Positions 60,491-64,000 of a stretch of 64,000 bases of DNA are shown here, in pieces. The notes beneath the pieces were generated by a model. The model was given only the letters and a program-made list of their open reading frames with translations. It was not told the origin of the DNA and made no database searches. Within the stretch, counting starts at the first letter, position 1. The number at the start of each line of letters is the position of its first letter. Origin of the DNA: Candidatus Poribacteria bacterium (GTDB taxonomy: Bacteria > Poribacteria > WGA-4E > WGA-3G); contig OZ243938.1 of assembly GCA_965214095.1 (NCBI GenBank), forward strand, positions 1,632,001 through 1,696,000, written 5' to 3'. A program made the position numbers and the translations under genes.

Positions 60491-61135
60491 ATGAAACTTT
60501 TTTTTAGAACCTTGGCAATAGTCATGGCGGCGTTGCTTGCCGTTTCATTGGTTGGCTGTGGTGGAGACGATGAACCTAAAACTCCAGATGCAGCATTTGT
60601 TAGTGCCTCACCCGCAGATGGAGATCTGGCAGCAAATGGCAGTATTAGCGTCACATTTGACAACAACCCTGGTGATGTAACAGTTACTGGTGGCGGTACA
60701 GCTACCACTTCCGGCAAAACTCGGACTATCGCACCACCAGCAGACGGCTACCCAACTGGTGCACTTACCATTACAGTTACGTGGACCAACGGCGATGGAT
60801 CCCAGGATCTTACTTATAACGTAATCGCCGCTGATGAAACCGCACCGTCAGTTACAGATAGCAGTCCTGAAGACGGTGAAGAAGGGGTTAGTCCTGATTT
60901 AGAAGAGGTATCAGTTACCTTCGACGAACCTGTAACTGGGAGCCTTATGCTACTTGATGGCGATGATGATCAAAATTGGGAGCAATCTACTGATGGCAAC
61001 ACAATAACCCTCACTATTATTGCTGGGGCAGAACTTGGCAACGAAACCGAGTACAAAATTGCTGGTACAGTCAGTGATGGTGCTGGCAACGACACCGATG
61101 TTGAAATCACATTTGTCACTGAAGCTAAAGAGTAA
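60491..61135 (+). CDS. Lipoprotein with Ig-like (Big_5 / SbsA-type) domains
   Basis: Lipobox LVGC; DETAPSVTDSSPEDG..VTFDEPV..VSDGAGN. Confidence 0.8.
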   Translation: MKLFFRTLAIVMAALLAVSLVGCGGDDEPKTPDAAFVSASPADGDLAANGSISVTFDNNPGDVTVTGGGTATTSGKTRTIAPPADGYPTGALTITVTWTNGDGSQDLTYNVIAADETAPSVTDSSPEDGEEGVSPDLEEVSVTFDEPVTGSLMLLDGDDDQNWEQSTDGNTITLTIIAGAELGNETEYKIAGTVSDGAGNDTDVEITFVTEAKE

Positions 61136-61151
61136 ATTTTCGACTATTTCA

Positions 61152-61191
61152 CAAAAAAAGACAACGTATCATTGATACGTTGTCTTTTTTT
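61152..61191 (+). terminator. Rho-independent terminator
   Basis: AAAAAAAGACAACGTATCA/TGATACGTTGTCTTTTTTT. Confidence 0.85.
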
Positions 61192-61362
61192 GTTTATTGC
61201 AATTTTAAACAGTCTATAAATGGAATTTACAGAGGCATTTTGAGTACTTCAGTTGAATGAACATGTAATGTTGATCCAGTATTGATCTGTGATATTGTCC
61301 AATTACATGATTAAAAATACCTTCAGGTTTTCGTTGAAGTTTTTTTAATTATCTACTACCCG

Positions 61363-61542
61363 CACAATCTGGCAGAATGTGCTACAAAGAACCACAATCT
61401 GGCAGAATGTCTATTATTGGCGTTTCACATATACTTTTTTCTTTACAATATATGAATATATGCTATAATGTGCGGAGGATATTTGAACAGTTTTTAATGT
61501 TCGGAGAATATTTGAACAGTTTTTAAAATGGTATTGTCTAAA
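61363..61542 (+). promoter_or_regulatory. ECF sigma control region with direct repeats and sigma70-like and sigmaE-like promoters
   Basis: 18-bp direct repeat x2; TTTACA-N16-TATAAT; 25-bp direct repeat x2; TGAAC..GTCTAA. Confidence 0.55.
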
Positions 61543-61568
61543 TATACAGAAGCCGAAGGAGAATTTTC

Positions 61569-62159
61569 GTGGAAAGAACTGAAGCATTACTCATTGATGA
61601 TCTCCGTGAAGGAGACGAAACAGCGTTAGCACCGTTGGTTGAAAAATATAAACGGATGGTACATCGCCTTGCGATGCAAATTACCAAAAACCACGAAGAC
61701 GCTAACGATGTAATGCAAGAAACCTTTATTAAGGTATATCAGTCCATACACACCTTTCGGCAGGAGGCAGCATTTGAAACATGGATATATCGTATAACTG
61801 TCAATGAAGCACTGAACTTCGTCAAACGACGCGAACGCCGACGTGAATCTCCGCTTTCCACTACTGAAGAGACCGAATACGATCCAATCGTCAGACAGAA
61901 AGCAGAGATGACGAATGATCCACAAATTAACGCAGAGAAAACTGAACTACGGCAATGGGTAACAAAGGCTGTCAATAGTCTCTCATTAAAGCATCGAGTT
62001 GTTGTGATCCTTCATGAACTGGAAGGTTTGACACACGCAGAGATCGCATCTATCTTGAATTGTTCAGAAGGAACAGTTCGTTCAAGATTACACTATGCAC
62101 GAAAACAGTTGAGATCATTGCTAAAGCCTTATGTTGATGCAACCTCCAATTTTGAGTGA
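61569..62159 (+). CDS. ECF RNA polymerase sigma factor (RpoE/SigW-like)
   Basis: DANDVMQETFIK, FETWIYRITVN, EIASILNCSEGTVRSRLHYAR. Confidence 0.93.
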   Translation: MERTEALLIDDLREGDETALAPLVEKYKRMVHRLAMQITKNHEDANDVMQETFIKVYQSIHTFRQEAAFETWIYRITVNEALNFVKRRERRRESPLSTTEETEYDPIVRQKAEMTNDPQINAEKTELRQWVTKAVNSLSLKHRVVVILHELEGLTHAEIASILNCSEGTVRSRLHYARKQLRSLLKPYVDATSNFE

Positions 62160-62190
62160 GTTGCATGTTTTCATAATTCAAAGTATTTAG

Positions 62191-63168
62191 ATGATCCTAC
62201 AGGGAGCGGTTTCAAAGCACAGTGAGAACATTGAAACCGACAGACTTATGAAACTGAAGTGTAATACCATACAACGTCTTATCTCAGATTACATAGATAA
62301 CACACTATCAACGAACGACACAGCAAAGGTCAAGGAACATTTAAAGTTCTGTCAATCCTGTCAAAAAGAAGTCGCTGCGCTCAAAAAGACCCGAGACCTT
62401 GTTGTAGGTTTCTATGTCGCACCTGAAGTGTCTGACACATATTACCATCAATTTGAAGTGGAATTACATCGTTTCATTGAGAAGAAAGGTCCAACACCTA
62501 TAAGTCTACGCATAAAATCATTGGTAAGTCAGTTCACATGGTCATTACTCACACAAGTGCGGCAAAGTTTTGGACGATATAACTTCTTCCATAGACATCT
62601 GTTACCAATAGGCACACTCTTGTTGATGATAGCAGCAGGGTATGTTACGCACTTGTTAAATCAGCATGATTCTCTATCATTAGAAGAATACTCTAGACAG
62701 ATAGGAAAACCGATGATTGCACAAGAACGCACGACCGTTGACGAAAATTCAGGATTGATACAAGACATGCACAATGATTATATAATGAATCGAAAAGCTC
62801 CAGACCAAGTAACTTCATCTGCCGATACAGCAAATGGTGAAAAAGTTGGTTACTGGAAATTAGCAGACCCCATATCTACTGAAACAGAAGGACATATCAT
62901 CGTGATGCATGTCAGTGAGGATCGTTCTGTGCCGAGTGAGGCTACTGAGTCCGAGTTGATTGTTTATGCACAACCAGACATATTAAGCAAAAAATCACCC
63001 TTACAAGATAATGGGTATGCAACGTTTCCATCGGGCATGCCAGTGGAACTTTTCTTGGCAAAATACCAACGGAAACATCGGCAATCACCAAGGTTTGTCA
63101 ACAAATTGATGTATGAACATTCTAAAATACCTTATATACCGGAGTTATACGACTTAAGTAATTTGTAA
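62191..63168 (+). CDS. Zinc-finger (zf-HC2) transmembrane anti-sigma factor; start possibly 62248
   Basis: C..LISDYID..HLKFCQSC followed by one TM segment. Confidence 0.8.
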   Translation: MILQGAVSKHSENIETDRLMKLKCNTIQRLISDYIDNTLSTNDTAKVKEHLKFCQSCQKEVAALKKTRDLVVGFYVAPEVSDTYYHQFEVELHRFIEKKGPTPISLRIKSLVSQFTWSLLTQVRQSFGRYNFFHRHLLPIGTLLLMIAAGYVTHLLNQHDSLSLEEYSRQIGKPMIAQERTTVDENSGLIQDMHNDYIMNRKAPDQVTSSADTANGEKVGYWKLADPISTETEGHIIVMHVSEDRSVPSEATESELIVYAQPDILSKKSPLQDNGYATFPSGMPVELFLAKYQRKHRQSPRFVNKLMYEHSKIPYIPELYDLSNL

Positions 63169-63343
63169 CCATATTTTTTCTACGATGCAGTCTTAATGTG
63201 TCGTAGCATGACCTTGATGAAACATTAAGGTGAAACTTTACAGACAGGGTGGATGTTATGTTCCCACCCGTCTCTGATAATTAACGGGGTCGAAAATATT
63301 CCCATTACCCCGTACGTATTTTATTCATTTAAAGGAGAATATA

Positions 63344-64000
63344 ATGAATCCAAGAATTTTAGGTATAATTGGCGGACTTGCCTTGATAGTCGCGCTTATT
63401 TCACCTTTCATGATGGGTAGTTCCAAAAAGGTGGAGGAACTCTATTATGCCGCTAAAGAGTTATCTGATCAAGCGGATTATGAAGGGTCAATCGCCAAAT
63501 ATACTGAAGCACTTGAAGAGTCCCAGAAACGTGGTGTAAAAACTGAAGTTATTGACAAAGATTTCACCACACTTGCACATTTTCAAATTGCAGTCAACTA
63601 TTCACGATGGGCAGAAACAAGTGGTGATGTCAATCACTATGAAACCGCTCTTAATCACATTGAGCAAGTTACCCCTAATGCTACCATACCCAAACACCAA
63701 GAAGGGTTAATATACCTTTGGGGACATATTCTGTACAGAACAGAACAATATGAAGTGGCTGAAGCAAAGTTTAATCAGTTGATTGAAAACTTCCCAAATA
63801 GCCTACAAGTAGAAAATGCGTATTACGCTATTGGGCAGCTGAACTATAAGTTAGGCAACTTTGAGCCATCACGAACTGCCTTCAGTAATATTCTGGCAAA
63901 CTTTCCAAACTCAGAATTTAAAGACGATGCACAGCTGCTTATCGCGCAATCTTTCCTTGATGAAAATTTATATGAACAGGCATATCCCGAATTTGATAAG
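63344..64000 (+). CDS. Membrane-anchored TPR protein (BamD/CpoB-like), 3' truncated
   Basis: AAGGAG RBS; MNPRILGIIGGLALIVALISP..; FNQLIENFPNS..AYYAIG..ILANFPNS; open to the window edge. Confidence 0.8.
   Translation, partial: MNPRILGIIGGLALIVALISPFMMGSSKKVEELYYAAKELSDQADYEGSIAKYTEALEESQKRGVKTEVIDKDFTTLAHFQIAVNYSRWAETSGDVNHYETALNHIEQVTPNATIPKHQEGLIYLWGHILYRTEQYEVAEAKFNQLIENFPNSLQVENAYYAIGQLNYKLGNFEPSRTAFSNILANFPNSEFKDDAQLLIAQSFLDENLYEQAYPEFDK

Overview
Bacterial chromosomal window that I infer to come from Candidatus Poribacteria. The basis is C-terminal 'V-D-x-x-x-K-L-x-T-x-W-x-x-[IV]-K' tails, cohesin/dockerin/FlgD-Ig secreted proteins, and many Gfo/Idh/MocA and PhyH enzymes; no database check was possible. 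Main contents: (1) an expanded moaA-sufCBD-grx-sufSU-Rieske-sufT-DUF971-rhodanese run with three toxin-antitoxin pairs inserted; (2) tRNA-Leu(CAA), hflX, a glycosyltransferase trio and a Cu P1B-ATPase; (3) catabolic oxidoreductases and aldolases; (4) a 1000-bp IS5-family element splitting a DNA methyltransferase; (5) several decayed genes and GTAG-REP/MITE repeats; (6) ispH, rpmH, proA, lgt, livGF, dprA and an ECF sigma/anti-sigma pair. The top candidate novel system is at 43681-49239: a secreted cohesin + Spondin_N protein next to a secreted CxxCH-Reeler + Ig-repeat + dockerin protein. Cohesin-dockerin binding could assemble the Reeler/Spondin pairing of animal F-spondin in trans. The second candidate is at 35500-37090: three copies of one motif precede a divergent IF-1, two unannotated micro-ORFs with strong RBSs and a stand-alone sigma-region-4 HTH gene.
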